Source of the DNA: Saprolegnia diclina VS20
Taxonomy: Eukaryota
Assembly (NCBI RefSeq): GCF_000281045.1
Contig: NW_008246153.1
Span: 104,246-168,245, forward strand
Direction: 5' to 3'
Length of the DNA stretch: 64,000 nt
In this document: positions 1 through 11,400 of the stretch, piece after piece
Layout of the letters: every line of letters starts with the position of its first letter
Numbering within the stretch: the stretch's first letter is position 1
The notes under the pieces: generated by a model
Told to the model about the DNA's origin: nothing
The model's database searches: none
The model's input: the letters and a program-made list of their open reading frames with translations, nothing else
Program-made: the position numbers and the translations under genes

Positions 1-58
1 GTGCATTGAAGTTCAACGTACCCTGCCCCAAACCTCGGGTTTTCTTGGGGAAGGGGTT

Positions 59-305
59 GATCTCGTCAAACTCGTCGATGGTGCAAATGCCCATGTCGGC
101 CAGCACAAGCGCGCCGCCTTCGAGCGTCATCTCCTTGTGCCGGGAGACCGACGCCACAACTGCCCTTGCCCGTCGTGTGGATGTCTCGGGCTCACGGTCG
201 CAACGTGCTGGAGGAGCTGCCTCTTGGCCACACTGGGGTCACCCATGAGGAGTACGTTGATGTCATTTTCATGCCTTGGTCCATGCGCTTGGTAACGCTG
301 CCAAT
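59..305 (-). pseudogene. MCM7: Decayed fragment of an MCM helicase subunit (MCM7-like AAA+ core)
   Basis: The minus strand gives, across frames, IGSVTKRMDQGMKI / [27 protein letters not shown] / [12 protein letters not shown] / [26 protein letters not shown]. These are the MCM Walker A, TTGKGSSGVGL and IDEFDK motifs, broken by frameshifts and deletions (RG and TAAVxxD missing). Confidence 0.75.
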
Positions 306-780
306 CTTCATCACGACAATAGACTGCTTTTGCTACCAAGATTTCTTCTTACTTTTCGACTTGGGGAATTTGAGCCGGTTTGTGGAAAGTGACGAGTGGC
401 TCGACTGTTTTTGCAAACGCGAAATTTGACATTTCACTGCGAGATCCCGCCTGGCCGTGGAGAATTGGATCCGGCTCTGACGGCGTTGTTGCTCGAAATT
501 CCGACCTTCTCGGCGGAGCTCTCTCGACGCACCTCAACGACGACTGGGAGCGCGTGACCGCCGAGATCGCGACCGGGACGAGCTCAGCGCGGTACCCCTA
601 ACCGTTTTCGTATCTTGTGGTTCTTACTCGTGTGAACACGGGAATATTGTTCATTGGTGTTGGTGTTGCAGGACGGCCTCGACTGCAATACCTGCACCCG
701 ACTCCACGACTGACAAGTCCATTCAAGCATTTATTATTGGTACAAGGTTGATAGCTGGTTGATACAAAGTTGATACTTTT

Positions 781-2844
781 CTACCACGCCACGTCGACGG
801 CTTTGGAGGCCGACCCGCACTCGGACGTGGCCGACGTCGCGCAGGCGCTTGCACTGTCGTCGTCGGACGAGTCGACGGCGACGCGGAAGAGGCGGTTGCC
901 AAACTTGCGGTAGAGGGGCATGATGCCACCGCCGGCCAAGAGGCGCTCTTCAAACAGCGACATGTTGAAGCGGAACACTTGGTCGCCGACGTGGATCGTG
1001 CGGCCCTTCATCTCGATGCGGATCGGCGTCTCGGGTTGCACGGCCGCGTAGAAGGCTTCGTCCGTCACTTGGATGCCCACGAGCGCAAAGTTCTGCACGT
1101 TCCGGGAGAAAATGTACCCAAACGACTTGGCAATGACCGCGTCGACGCCCGCGCCCTTGAGCGCCGTCACTGCCTGCTCGCGCGACGACCCGCAGCCAAA
1201 GCCGTGGCCAGCGACCACGATCGTCTGGCCTTGCTTGACCTTCTCGCGGAAGTCTGGGTTCGTATGCAGGAACGCGACCTTGCCGAGCGCGTCCATGTCG
1301 TTCTCGCAGAGGTACTCGCCCGGCAGAATCGCGTCCGTGTCAATGTTGTCGCCAAACACCTGCGCGCGGCCGGTAAGGACCGTCGGGAGTCCCGAGAGGT
1401 CGACCGCGCCGTCGCTGGATGCCTCGGCGGCCACTGACGTCGGGAGCTCCGGCGACGGCTCGGCGGGCACGATCGGCGGCAACGGCGTCGACTTGGGCAA
1501 GTACGAGTGGAACCGGGCCTGGTCGATCTTGGCCAAGAATGGCGTCGCATCCGTGATCGTCATGCTGAAGCTCGAGGCCGCGACCGTGATAGCCGACGCG
1601 AGGTGCGCGATCGAGCCCTTCCCCATGCGGTTGCGGTAGTTGCGGTTCTGGGAGCTGAGCCACACCTCGCCCTCCTTGGCCACGTCGGCCGCGATCGCAA
1701 GGCAGAACGAGCACCCGGGCGCGCCGACAGTGAAGCCCGCGCGCTCGTAGATCTCGAGGAGGCCACACGCACGGAGGTGGTCGACGATAATTTGGCTGCC
1801 GGGCGTCACACGGCGATGCCCGTGGCTTGCCGGCACGAGACCCGCGTTGAGGCACTGCTCGAGGACGAGGGCACCGAGGATGAGGTCCTCTTCGGCCGTC
1901 GTGCACGCGCCAATGAAGCAACCGTGGAGCGGTGTGCCCGCGACATCCGCGACCGGCTGCACGTTGTCGGGCGACGGGAAGAGCGCAACCTGCGGTGTGA
2001 GGTGCGCGAGGTCGATCTGGAACACCTCGGCGTACTTGGCGTCCGGGTCGGCGCGGAAGTAGAGCGCGTCGTTGTTGTGCGACTCGCGCGTGGCAATGTA
2101 GGCTTGCGTGCGCTCGTCGGCGGGGAAGACGCCGGCGATGCCGCCAAACTCGGCCGTCATGTTGGCGATCGCAAAGCGCGCGTCACAGGAAAGCGGCGCA
2201 ATGTTGCCGGTCCACTCGACGCAGCGCCCGATCGCGACCGTGTTGCACTTGAGCTGGCCGAGCGTGTAGAGCATCACGTCCTTCCCGCCGAGGCCAAAGG
2301 ACGGCGCGTTCACAAACTCAATCTTGACCGTCTCGGGCACTTGAATCCACGTTTCGCCCGTTACGAGGGGCATGACGACGTCGGCGGCGCCGAGCCCGAT
2401 CGCGAATGCGCCGAGGCCGCCCGTCGAGCAGCTGTGGCTGTCGGCGCCAACGACGACTTGGCCCGGCTGCGCGCGCTGGCGGTAAAACTCGGTGTGGAGG
2501 ATTGTCGTGTTGGGCGGCTGAAAGTTGGTGAGGTTGGCCTCCTTCGCAAAGTCGGTCGACGCCTTGATCATCATCTGCTGCTTCGGGAGATGGTTCACGC
2601 GCGGGTCCACCGTGTGGTCGATCGCGAGCCAGAAGCGGTCGTTGCGCCAGATGCGCGGCCGGCCCATGTCCTGGTACGTCTTGTCCATCGACTTCCACGT
2701 GATCTCGCAGGCCAAGGTCCATTGCGCCTTGACGCAGATCATCTGGCCGGGCTCGATGTAGGGCTTCTTGAGGCCGACGGCCGAGTGCGTCAGAATCTTC
2801 TCGGGCAGCGTCATCGGGCGGCGGTCCATTCCGGCCATGCTCAT
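781..2844 (-). CDS. Aconitase-family [4Fe-4S] hydro-lyase, fused large+small subunit (isopropylmalate dehydratase/homoaconitase-like), ~687 aa, intronless
   Basis: Motifs MTLPEKIL, DHTVDP, GADSHSC, GLGAADV, ANMTAEFGG, FIGACTT, PGCSFC (three cluster Cys) and [12 protein letters not shown], then a swivel domain with DNIDTDAILP and FGCGSSREQA. Likely start ATG at 2844 (MSMAGMDRR). Confidence 0.9.
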   Translation of the reverse strand: MSMAGMDRRPMTLPEKILTHSAVGLKKPYIEPGQMICVKAQWTLACEITWKSMDKTYQDMGRPRIWRNDRFWLAIDHTVDPRVNHLPKQQMMIKASTDFAKEANLTNFQPPNTTILHTEFYRQRAQPGQVVVGADSHSCSTGGLGAFAIGLGAADVVMPLVTGETWIQVPETVKIEFVNAPSFGLGGKDVMLYTLGQLKCNTVAIGRCVEWTGNIAPLSCDARFAIANMTAEFGGIAGVFPADERTQAYIATRESHNNDALYFRADPDAKYAEVFQIDLAHLTPQVALFPSPDNVQPVADVAGTPLHGCFIGACTTAEEDLILGALVLEQCLNAGLVPASHGHRRVTPGSQIIVDHLRACGLLEIYERAGFTVGAPGCSFCLAIAADVAKEGEVWLSSQNRNYRNRMGKGSIAHLASAITVAASSFSMTITDATPFLAKIDQARFHSYLPKSTPLPPIVPAEPSPELPTSVAAEASSDGAVDLSGLPTVLTGRAQVFGDNIDTDAILPGEYLCENDMDALGKVAFLHTNPDFREKVKQGQTIVVAGHGFGCGSSREQAVTALKGAGVDAVIAKSFGYIFSRNVQNFALVGIQVTDEAFYAAVQPETPIRIEMKGRTIHVGDQVFRFNMSLFEERLLAGGGIMPLYRKFGNRLFRVAVDSSDDDSASACATSATSECGSASKAVDVAW

Positions 2845-3704
2845 CTCTGGCGGTGGCAAATTTGGAAATGCTGCGATCCACGCCGATCTTGCACGTGATT
2901 GCGCATTGCGTTTTGCGTGAAATAGTGTCATGTTGAAGTGCAATACAAATAGAGCGTCAATTTCTGATTGCGCAAGCGGGAACGATCGTGATCTAGTGTA
3001 TGTGTCCGAGGTTTGACGCCACTTGGCGCGCGCGCAGGAAAATTCTCTCGCTCCTGCCGCTGTCGGCAGAGGGCCATGCAAATGACGTGCTCTCTCCAGC
3101 ACGCAGCTCTCCCCAGCACGCAGTGTGCATGGAGAAGGCGCCGAGTTCCAACGGAATTTCATTGAAAAAAATAGCCGAAACTGGGCTCTATCGCTGCACG
3201 TTGGCTCGCTCGATGGCTCCTGGCAATCAGCAATGCGTTGTGAGCACATCAAGCCTTGTACCATCGTCCTGCGAGTATGCTTCTTCGCTCGAAGTAGAAC
3301 GGTTGGAGCCTCCCATGCATGCGCAAGCTCCTGCTCGATGAGATGAAGTGGAGGTTGACGTCACATGCAATGCGCAATCACCAAGATGGTTGCCCTTGCC
3401 ATCAACGACGCAATACGACGTTTATGGACGATACCCGAACCTACAAAACCATGCAGTGCCTTCGGTACAGCGTATTCGAGTACTGGGCTCGTCGAATGTG
3501 CCAGCTTGAGAAAATAACACTGTCTGCGTGCACATCCAGTGTATCGAAAGTACTAGGTTACGAGTAGACAGAGTATTTGCATGCACAGGCAGCGCAGACA
3601 TAGAGAGTATTTCCATGACTTTATTGTCGATCGCTATTAAAGTTAGAACCGTTTCGTTAATTACTTCTTTTTGGCGGCAACTGCCCTTTCTGCGCAAGAC
3701 CGCC

Positions 3705-6700
3705 ATGGACGCCGACGAGGCGACGCTGCTCACCAACACGGTGCAGTGCATCTCGCGGGCGACGAGTGCGCACGCACCTCGGCCGCTGCGATCGCCGGCG
3801 CCCCACACACCGCGCATCAAGCCGCTATCCGGCGTGGGTCTCAACACCCATCTTCGGGACCTCTTTTACTACCTCAACAAGAACGAGGTCGTCTTCAGCC
3901 TCGGCAAGCACGTCGTCGTACAGAACGTCCATAACCAGCGCATGGCCTTCTTCGAGCCGCCGGGCGAGGCGACCGAGAGCGTCGTCGCAGGCGACGTCAC
4001 AGCGCTCGGGCTCACGAGCAAGCGCAACTACTTGGCCGTCGCGCGCGGCCCGCACTCGGTGCTCGCGCGCTCCACGAGCACGATCGCGATCTATAGCCTC
4101 CGCGACCACAAGGCTGCGTCGGTACGTACACTGCATTGTTGTACGCACCTCAGGTGCGCGCACGTAGACTATCGAGATGGACGACGCCGTGCGGACGCCG
4201 GTGCGTGTGATTACGTACCAGACGCACAGCTTCGTGTCGCTCGCGTTCTCAGCGAACGGCAAGTTTTTGCTGGGGCAGAGCTCGACCGCCAACTGGAGCT
4301 TTGTGCTCTGGGACTGGACGCGCGCACGCAAAATCGCAGTCGCCGAGGTCCACACGCGCGTGAGTTCTCGTGGCCGTGACGTCGTCGCATCATGCACACT
4401 TGGTAGGTGACGCGCGTGCACTTCAACCCGATTGACTTTGCACAAATGTCGACGTCCGGCGGCATGCACCTCCGGCTCTGGAAGCTGGCAGAGCCCACGT
4501 GCCGCCAGTTTGCCACGTTCACAGCCCCCGTCAAGTACGTCGAGCACGCGTGGATCCCCAAGAGCGACGGGCTCGTTGCGCTGCTCGAAAACGGCGACGT
4601 CCAGCACATCTACAACGGCGAGCTCGTCCGGACACTGCCGTCGTTGCACCACGGTCATTACCTCTCGTCGCTCCAAACATTCAAAAACAGGTGGACTCTA
4701 TGGCGATTGTCCTGTTGTGCTATCGCAGGGATGACTAGTGTCGTGATTGCCGGCAACAACGGCTACGTCTCGCTCCTCGACGTCGGCGACGTCGAAACGA
4801 GCGGTGCGATCGCCGAACTGAGCCTCTCTCGGCGCATGCAGCTCGAATCTCGGTCGCTACTGCATCCAGACACTATAGATCTTTTCGTAAACTTGAGCGT
4901 AGTGAGCCGATCCTTGCCGTCGGTGTCGATACGACGGGCGCGGCGTTGATGCTAGTCACACCAAGTCTCTATGGCGCGTACGAGCTCGCGAACCTCTGCC
5001 TCCTTCGCGGCGACGACGAGGTGCGCTGACGCTCAAATGCACGAGAGACTGAAAGATGGGCTAGTCAATTGCGCTTGTGACATATGCAGCGCTGCCCCGC
5101 CCCGTGGACCTCTCGGCCATGACGACAGCGTGTCGCCGACGCGTCTTTGCGACGCTCGGGCGGGCGGCGTCGGGTGGCCACGCCATTGCGCTGTACAGTC
5201 AAGACGGCACGCCGGGGCTGTTGCAGTACACATTTCCACACCTCGCGCCCAACGACATTGCCGTGCACCCGTCCGGTTTTGAAGTGCTCGTGAGCTTTAG
5301 GTGCGCGCACTTGTTGACTTGCTTCTCAAAACACCGTTTTAGCGTCCAGCTACACGTGTACCATGTGCTCATTGACACGTTCAAGATCGCGTTTGAAGTT
5401 GAAGTTCGCCACGCCACCTCGGTCGCCTACAGTCGCGGCGGCAGCTTCTTTTGTGCGCTCGTCGAAGACTGGAGCATCTACGTCTACAGCAACTACGCTG
5501 GCTCCGAGCCGGTGCTGCACTCGGTGTGCAGGGGTACCTACTTACCTCCTTTTCTGCGGTGCTCACGGACTCGACGAGTAGGCAAGGACGTGCCCCTCTC
5601 GGCGCTTGCTTGGGGCACCGACGAGACGCGTCTGTACGCGGGCGATGAGCGCGGCTACTTTTGTGAGTGGGCGTTCACCGATGCTGGGTTTGCGGCGACA
5701 CCGGCCGTGTTCCGTGACGACGAGCGGACACGAGCCTACACGGCTATCGCAACGACCCGCCGCGCAGGTATGAATGGCACTTCCAATCTCCTTTGCTTGT
5801 CGATGACACTGCAGCACAGGACACCGGGTGCTGGCGGCCGCCTTCCTCAGCGGCACGGGCGTGGCTGCGATCCATGTTTGGCCCACCGTCGACTTGACCG
5901 CCGCGCCCGACCGGACACCGGAGCTCGATGCAAAGATCACGGCCCTCGAGTTCTGCAGTACCGCGCTCTGCGTTGGCCTGGCGTCTGGCACGCTGCACGT
6001 CTACTGGTGGTACGTCGACACGTGTTCATCGGTCGTTGCACCCTGCGGGATGTCGTAGGGAAGAGGGCTCAGCGGGCCCGCGACTCTGCGCCCAGCCGCT
6101 CACGATCGACTTGACGACGGCGCCGCTGGTGTCGCTCCGCTCGTGCAGCATCGAGGGCCACCTCCTCGCTGCGAGTGACGACGGCGTCGTCTTGGAGACG
6201 GCGATCACAGTGGCTTTGAGCGTGCCGCCCGAGCTGCCGCCGCCGACATCTTCGTCGTCGCTGGCGCTCGAAACGCCGACTCTGCACTCGACCAATGCCT
6301 TTGTGACCGTCGTGCCCACGGACGACCTCTGTTTGGTGGAGCGCAGCAGCGTCACGGAGCGGGTCTTGCACATCGCCGACCTCGAGACCGAGATGGACCA
6401 GCTCAAAATCGAAAAGGAGATCGTCAACAAACTCAACTCGGAGCAGCGCACTCTCCTGGAGCGCGAGCGGCACGCTGAAATCCGCGCCGTGCGCACGTCG
6501 CTCGAAGCCCAGGTCTACGCTGCCCAAGACGCGCTCGCGTACGAAAAGAAAGAGGCCGAGGCGCTCACAGCGACGCTCAAGGCCACCCACGCCCGCGACG
6601 CCAGCGCCATGCAAACCATTCTCAGCACGCAAATCGAAACGCTCCATGACGTGTGCGCGCAGCTCGAGCTCGACCTCATCAAGGCGCGGCAGAGCATCGA

Positions 6701-8188
6701 CGACGCGACGTTTGCCGGTGACGAGCGCGCGATGCAGCTGCGCAAGGCGCTGGAAGCGAGCCACAAGGCCGAGTGCAACGGTCTCCGCGCCGAGATTTGC
6801 CGGCTCAACGACGCCTTGGCGCTCAAGACGAAAGCGTACGACGAAGTGCTCTCGCAACAGGACGACGACCACCTACTCCACCTGACCTCGCTCCAGGCCA
6901 AGATCGAGGCCGAGCGAGGTACGGCCACGCCACGTGATTGGTGGACATACATGTGATATGTAGCCAATGGCGCGGCGGCGTCGATTGCGGCCAAAGATTC
7001 CACGTCGAACCTCCAGCAGCAACTGCGGATGATGCTCAACGCACTCGACACCAAATCGGCCGACGTTGAGAAACTAACCCGGGAAAAAATCGACTTGGCC
7101 GCACACGTGGCAGCGCTGCAGACCGAGTTGGCGGCGGAGCGCAAGCGCGCGGCGAAAGCGACGGCCGAGTGCACGCTTCTCGAGACCCAAGTCACCGACC
7201 TCGTACGCGTCTTTGTATCAATGTATCGAGTGAAAAGACGAAGTAGACGCGGTCCCTGGACGGCCTTGAGCGACTCAACAACATCCGCTTGTGCAAGCTC
7301 AAGACGATCCAGGATTCGCTCGCGGCCAAAGACGCGGCAAATGACGCGATGACGTCGTTCGTAGACGAGCTCCACCACGAAAACAGCAACGTGATCCGCG
7401 ACGCCAATGCACTGGACGAGAAACAGCATCTTTTGCTCCGCAAACTGCGTTTCTACGAGCAAACGCTCACGGTGCACAAGGCTGGTTTGGCCGACGCCAG
7501 CGCGACGGTGCTGGCGTTCCGTCGGGACCTCGGGATCCTCATCGAAGACGAGCAGCGCGGGAAGCGGCTCAAGATCGATGCGATTGTTAAACTATACCAC
7601 AAGTACGAGCCGTCGGCGCAGCATGTGACGCGCGAGCGCGGCACGGACGAAGCCATCATCCACGAACTCACGCGCCAAAACAAGTGCGTCGAGGACCACC
7701 GGCGCAAGCTCCGGTCGCGCGTCGCGACGGTCGTGAGCGAGAAACACAAGCTCACGACGCTCTTCTCCCAAGACAACCAAAAGCTCCTCGAGGACGTCCA
7801 CCGCTTAACGCGGGAGAACCACGAATTGAAGCGCCGACCGAAAAAGCTGGCGCAGGTGCAAAGACCGCCGCCGTTCGGCGTCAAGGGCGAAGACAACAAC
7901 AGCAACCACGACACGACGGGCCACGGTCCCGACACACCAATCGTCGTCGAGCCAGCGACCGACGCGACGTGCCGCGTGTACATTCCTTGCGGCATTCACA
8001 TTGGACCGCAGCCCGTCGCTGCGCAACCGTCGCCGGTAGTGCGGTCGCTCATTCGCCCCAAGACAAGCAAGCCCAAGCGCGTGCCCCGGGTTGTCATGCA
8101 CACGGACGCCACGCGCAAGACGTCGGGCGTTCGACCCCAGTCGGCGCTGCCGTCGTCCGTACACAAACCGTCGCGGCTGTTTGCGTAG
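3705..8188 (+). CDS. CFAP57: WD40 + coiled-coil cilia/flagella-associated protein, CFAP57/WDR65-like (multi-exon)
   Basis: N-terminal WD repeats (YYLNKNEVVFSLGKHVVVQN, VTALGLTSKRNYLAVA, FVSLAFSANGKFLLGQ...VLWDW, DIAVHPSG), then a long coiled coil (ELTRQNKCVE...NQKLLEDVHRLTRENHELK). More than 10 short GT-AG introns. Confidence 0.7.
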
Positions 8189-8415
8189 GCGGTCAAGATA
8201 CACTGCCGACTACTGAACCAAGGACATATCAATGTATCAATGTGCTGTTGTCCTTGCTTGATCGTTTGGTGGCGAATGCTGTGATGCAGGATGGTGGTTG
8301 CTACTGCGATGGAAACCATGGTGGTCTTCGCTGATCCCAGCTCCAGGCCAAGGCGCCTGTCGTGCGAGTTGGATGTTGGACCTGCTTCTAAACTATCAAC
8401 TTGATATATCATCGA

Positions 8416-11400
8416 TTACTCGGAAATTGACCAATCAAACTTGAGCGCTTGGAGCTCTTGCAGATGTGGGGGCGTGAGGATAGCACCGCCTTGCCGCAGC
8501 TCGCGCACGAGCCGTCCGAGCGGGACGCTCTCGGATACGTACTCGAGCGGGACGTTCGAGTGCTCGTGTTCGATAAAGTACCGACGAAGTTCGTCGAGAC
8601 AAACGCGCCACGGGAATGCATCGAGCGGGCGCGGTGCCGCCATCGGGGCGTACGGGCCATGTGGAGGTGCCGCCATCGGGGCGTACGGGCTGCGAAGAGG
8701 TACCGGCATCGGCAACGGGGCCATGGGGCCGCGGGGAGGCACTACCCAGCCGTGTGCGAGCCGGCGCCGAACCGACGCCACCGGTTCCGGGTCGTCTTGG
8801 CGGCGGCGGACACCAACGGGGAGGGGCTGCACCGGCCCCGTGCCGATGGCATCTCGGTCACTGTTGTCGCGCTTCGTGCCCGGGTCCTCGTCGCTGGGAC
8901 TGCAGATGTTGATGACTCGAGCGGTAGCACGGATCGGTTCACTGCGAATGGCGTGGATACGGTCAAGGTCCTTGGCAACGGCTTTGGCCTTGGCACGGGG
9001 AGCGCCGCGGACAGACGGCCTCGCGTTGGGCGCTGGCAAACTTGACAGAACGATGGGTGCGACAGTGGACGCCCGGTGCTTCGACTGCGAGGCACTGGCC
9101 GGCAAGGCGTCCCACTCAAAGCCAATAGCACCGAGCTGGGTCGCGACCGTCGATACGACATCGGCTGCTGTGAGGCGGCGCAACCAAAACGCGACGTCGC
9201 CGAGTCGCAGGCCGTTCAACGACGCGGGCCAGACGACGTCAGAGCTGATTGTGAATGCACGAGGTACTCGGAGATGGCCGTTGAGCGCCTTGAACATAGT
9301 GAGCGCCTGGAACTTGATCGCCCACCGAGCTCGGCGGTCGAATCGCCGATCGTCAAGGGTGGACTGCAGATGCTCAAACGCCCGTCCAACCTCGAGCTCG
9401 AGCAAAAATGCGCCCACTGACACAGATCGCAGCACGACGGGACACGCCCGCGATATCGTGCCGAGGCGAGCTGATTCGCTCGGGCTTGGCGTCGCCCGGA
9501 GCCACAGATCCAGCGCAACGAGGTGGTCCGATTGCTCGTTCGGGCTAGTATCAAGCGCAAGACTTGCTGGCGCTGCCGGTTGCGCGCCGCCCGACGGTTG
9601 CACGGCTACGGGTGACGGCTGATCGGCTTCTGGCTGTGCACCGGCCTCGGTAGACACCGCATCGTCGGTGATGGTCGTTGCAGCCGGAACGGTCGCTGGT
9701 GGTGCCGAGTTGTCGCCGCTTGGTACGGTGTCTGGTGCTTCTGCTCCGGTAGCGATGGCGTCGACGGCAGCGATGGTGTCGGGCGGCAGCAAGTAGAGCT
9801 CTCTTGCCGAGTGCAGATACTGGACCCAATGGCCGAGGCGCATGCCGTGCATGTCTTCCGGCCAACTGGCAATACAAGGTACAACAAATGCCTCTGGCAC
9901 GTCCGTCAAGCCGTAGAGCGAGTGGTATGTGCGCAGTCCGTCGAGAATGTGCGCCCACGTCGCAGGCGTGTTGAAGTCAAAGCCGATCGTCGCCAGCTGC
10001 TGCGTCTTGGCGTAGTCGAGATGCTTTATGAGCACGCCGAGAGACCACGCGAGCTCGCCCAGCGGGGCGCCACTCCATGGCGTCGACCACTTTGACGGCA
10101 CCACAAAGTCCAGCGGTACGGTCGTCTTGCCATCCGAAGTGAGCCGGGAGACGAGTTGCACAAAGTCGTCAAAGGGCGGAACGTCAGCAAAGAGACCCAA
10201 CGCTCGGACGCACGCATCTTCGTTTGGTCGGAGCTCAAACCAGTGATTCCGCAACGCCAGAATGACACGCGAGAGCACAATGTCGCTGCTGCCCGGTGGC
10301 CAAGCGGCGTCGTCCGCTGGCACCGCAAAGTCGTCGGGCATCGTGCCTACGTGGCGGACGAGCTGTTGGTACGCGTGAAGCGCTGCGACCTGCGTAGCAA
10401 TCGAGACGGTCCCGACAACGAGGCCACCGCGCGTTGCGCGTTTCACGCAGCGCGACGTGGCCTCCGCAGACGAAAAGCCGAGTTGCTGGAGCTGCGCTTC
10501 AAACTTTTTGTCGAGGGCGCGGTCGTGGTAGTGCAGCGACTGCAAAAACGCGGCCAGTTTGAGGCCTCGCAGCGGCGTCGGCCACGGCGAGGCCGTTGGC
10601 ACCGTGAAGCGCAACGGCATATTGGCCGTCCCGTGCAAATGCCGATAGAACGCAAGCGCGCGCACCTTGTCTTGCAGCGTCCAGGCGCGCGCCGTCGGGG
10701 CGGACGCCTTGGGAGCGACACGTCGTGGCGCGTCGTTCACGGTGACACCAAGCGCGCGGAGCTCGTCGCACACGGGCAACGAAAGCTCTTTGTGCTGCCA
10801 AAACCAGCGCAGACGCACACCGAGCGGAACGCCGTGGCTGTCGGGTGGCCACGCAGAGCCACTCGACGGCACGACAAAGTCGTATGGCAAGACAGTATGG
10901 ACGTCGCGGACGACCCGCACAATGTCTCGAAGTTGCTTGAGTACCTGAAGCCGAGTGGTCGCATCATGCGGAGGCTCCCACAACAGCTGAGGGGCACGCA
11001 GCGTTTGCGTGAGCGTTGCAAACGTAGCTGCTGTGGCCGGTGGCAGCAAACGCAGTCGCTTGGCCGTGTGCATGCGCTCGACGAAGTGTCCAAGGCGCAG
11101 TCCGGCCAGGTCGCCCGGCCACGTTGGCGGCGCCACAAAGCTCGGCGTGACCGCTTTGGCTCCATAGTGCTCGAGGCCAACCAAGATATTTGCCCACGTC
11201 GCGTCGACGTTGAAGACAAAGCCAGCGCGTTTAAGGTCGTCGCGCTGTGCAGCCTTGAGCGCCCGAGCCTTCAAGCCGACCGACCACGCAAGATCGCCGA
11301 GGGCCAAGCCGCGCCAGGCGTTGATCCAGGGACCGCCCATCCGAGGCACGACAAAGTCGATGCGCACGGCGCAAGAGCCAAACTCGGCGCGGTAGATGGC

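Noticed and set aside
21..56. Helitron 3' terminus
   Set aside because: A hairpin is present, but there is no CTRR end at the expected spacing and no Rep/helicase sequence in the window.
759..776. TTGATACAAA doublet shared with 13902-13923
   Set aside because: Short and AT-rich, with one copy in a 3' flank and one in an intron; consistent with chance.
1507..2898. Long antisense or alternative-frame ORFs here and across the window (e.g. 10156-11484, 37839-39251, 41722-43170)
   Set aside because: Expected shadows of GC-rich coding sequence with strong codon bias; no recognisable domains.
2845..3264. 140-aa N-terminal extension of the aconitase ORF
   Set aside because: AT-richer, with non-host codon usage and no domain similarity; family homology starts near MTLPEKIL.
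3705..8188. Stop-codon reassignment or readthrough (many coding frames end at TAG)
   Set aside because: The TAGs examined are 3' splice acceptors of short GT-AG introns; splicing restores the frame.
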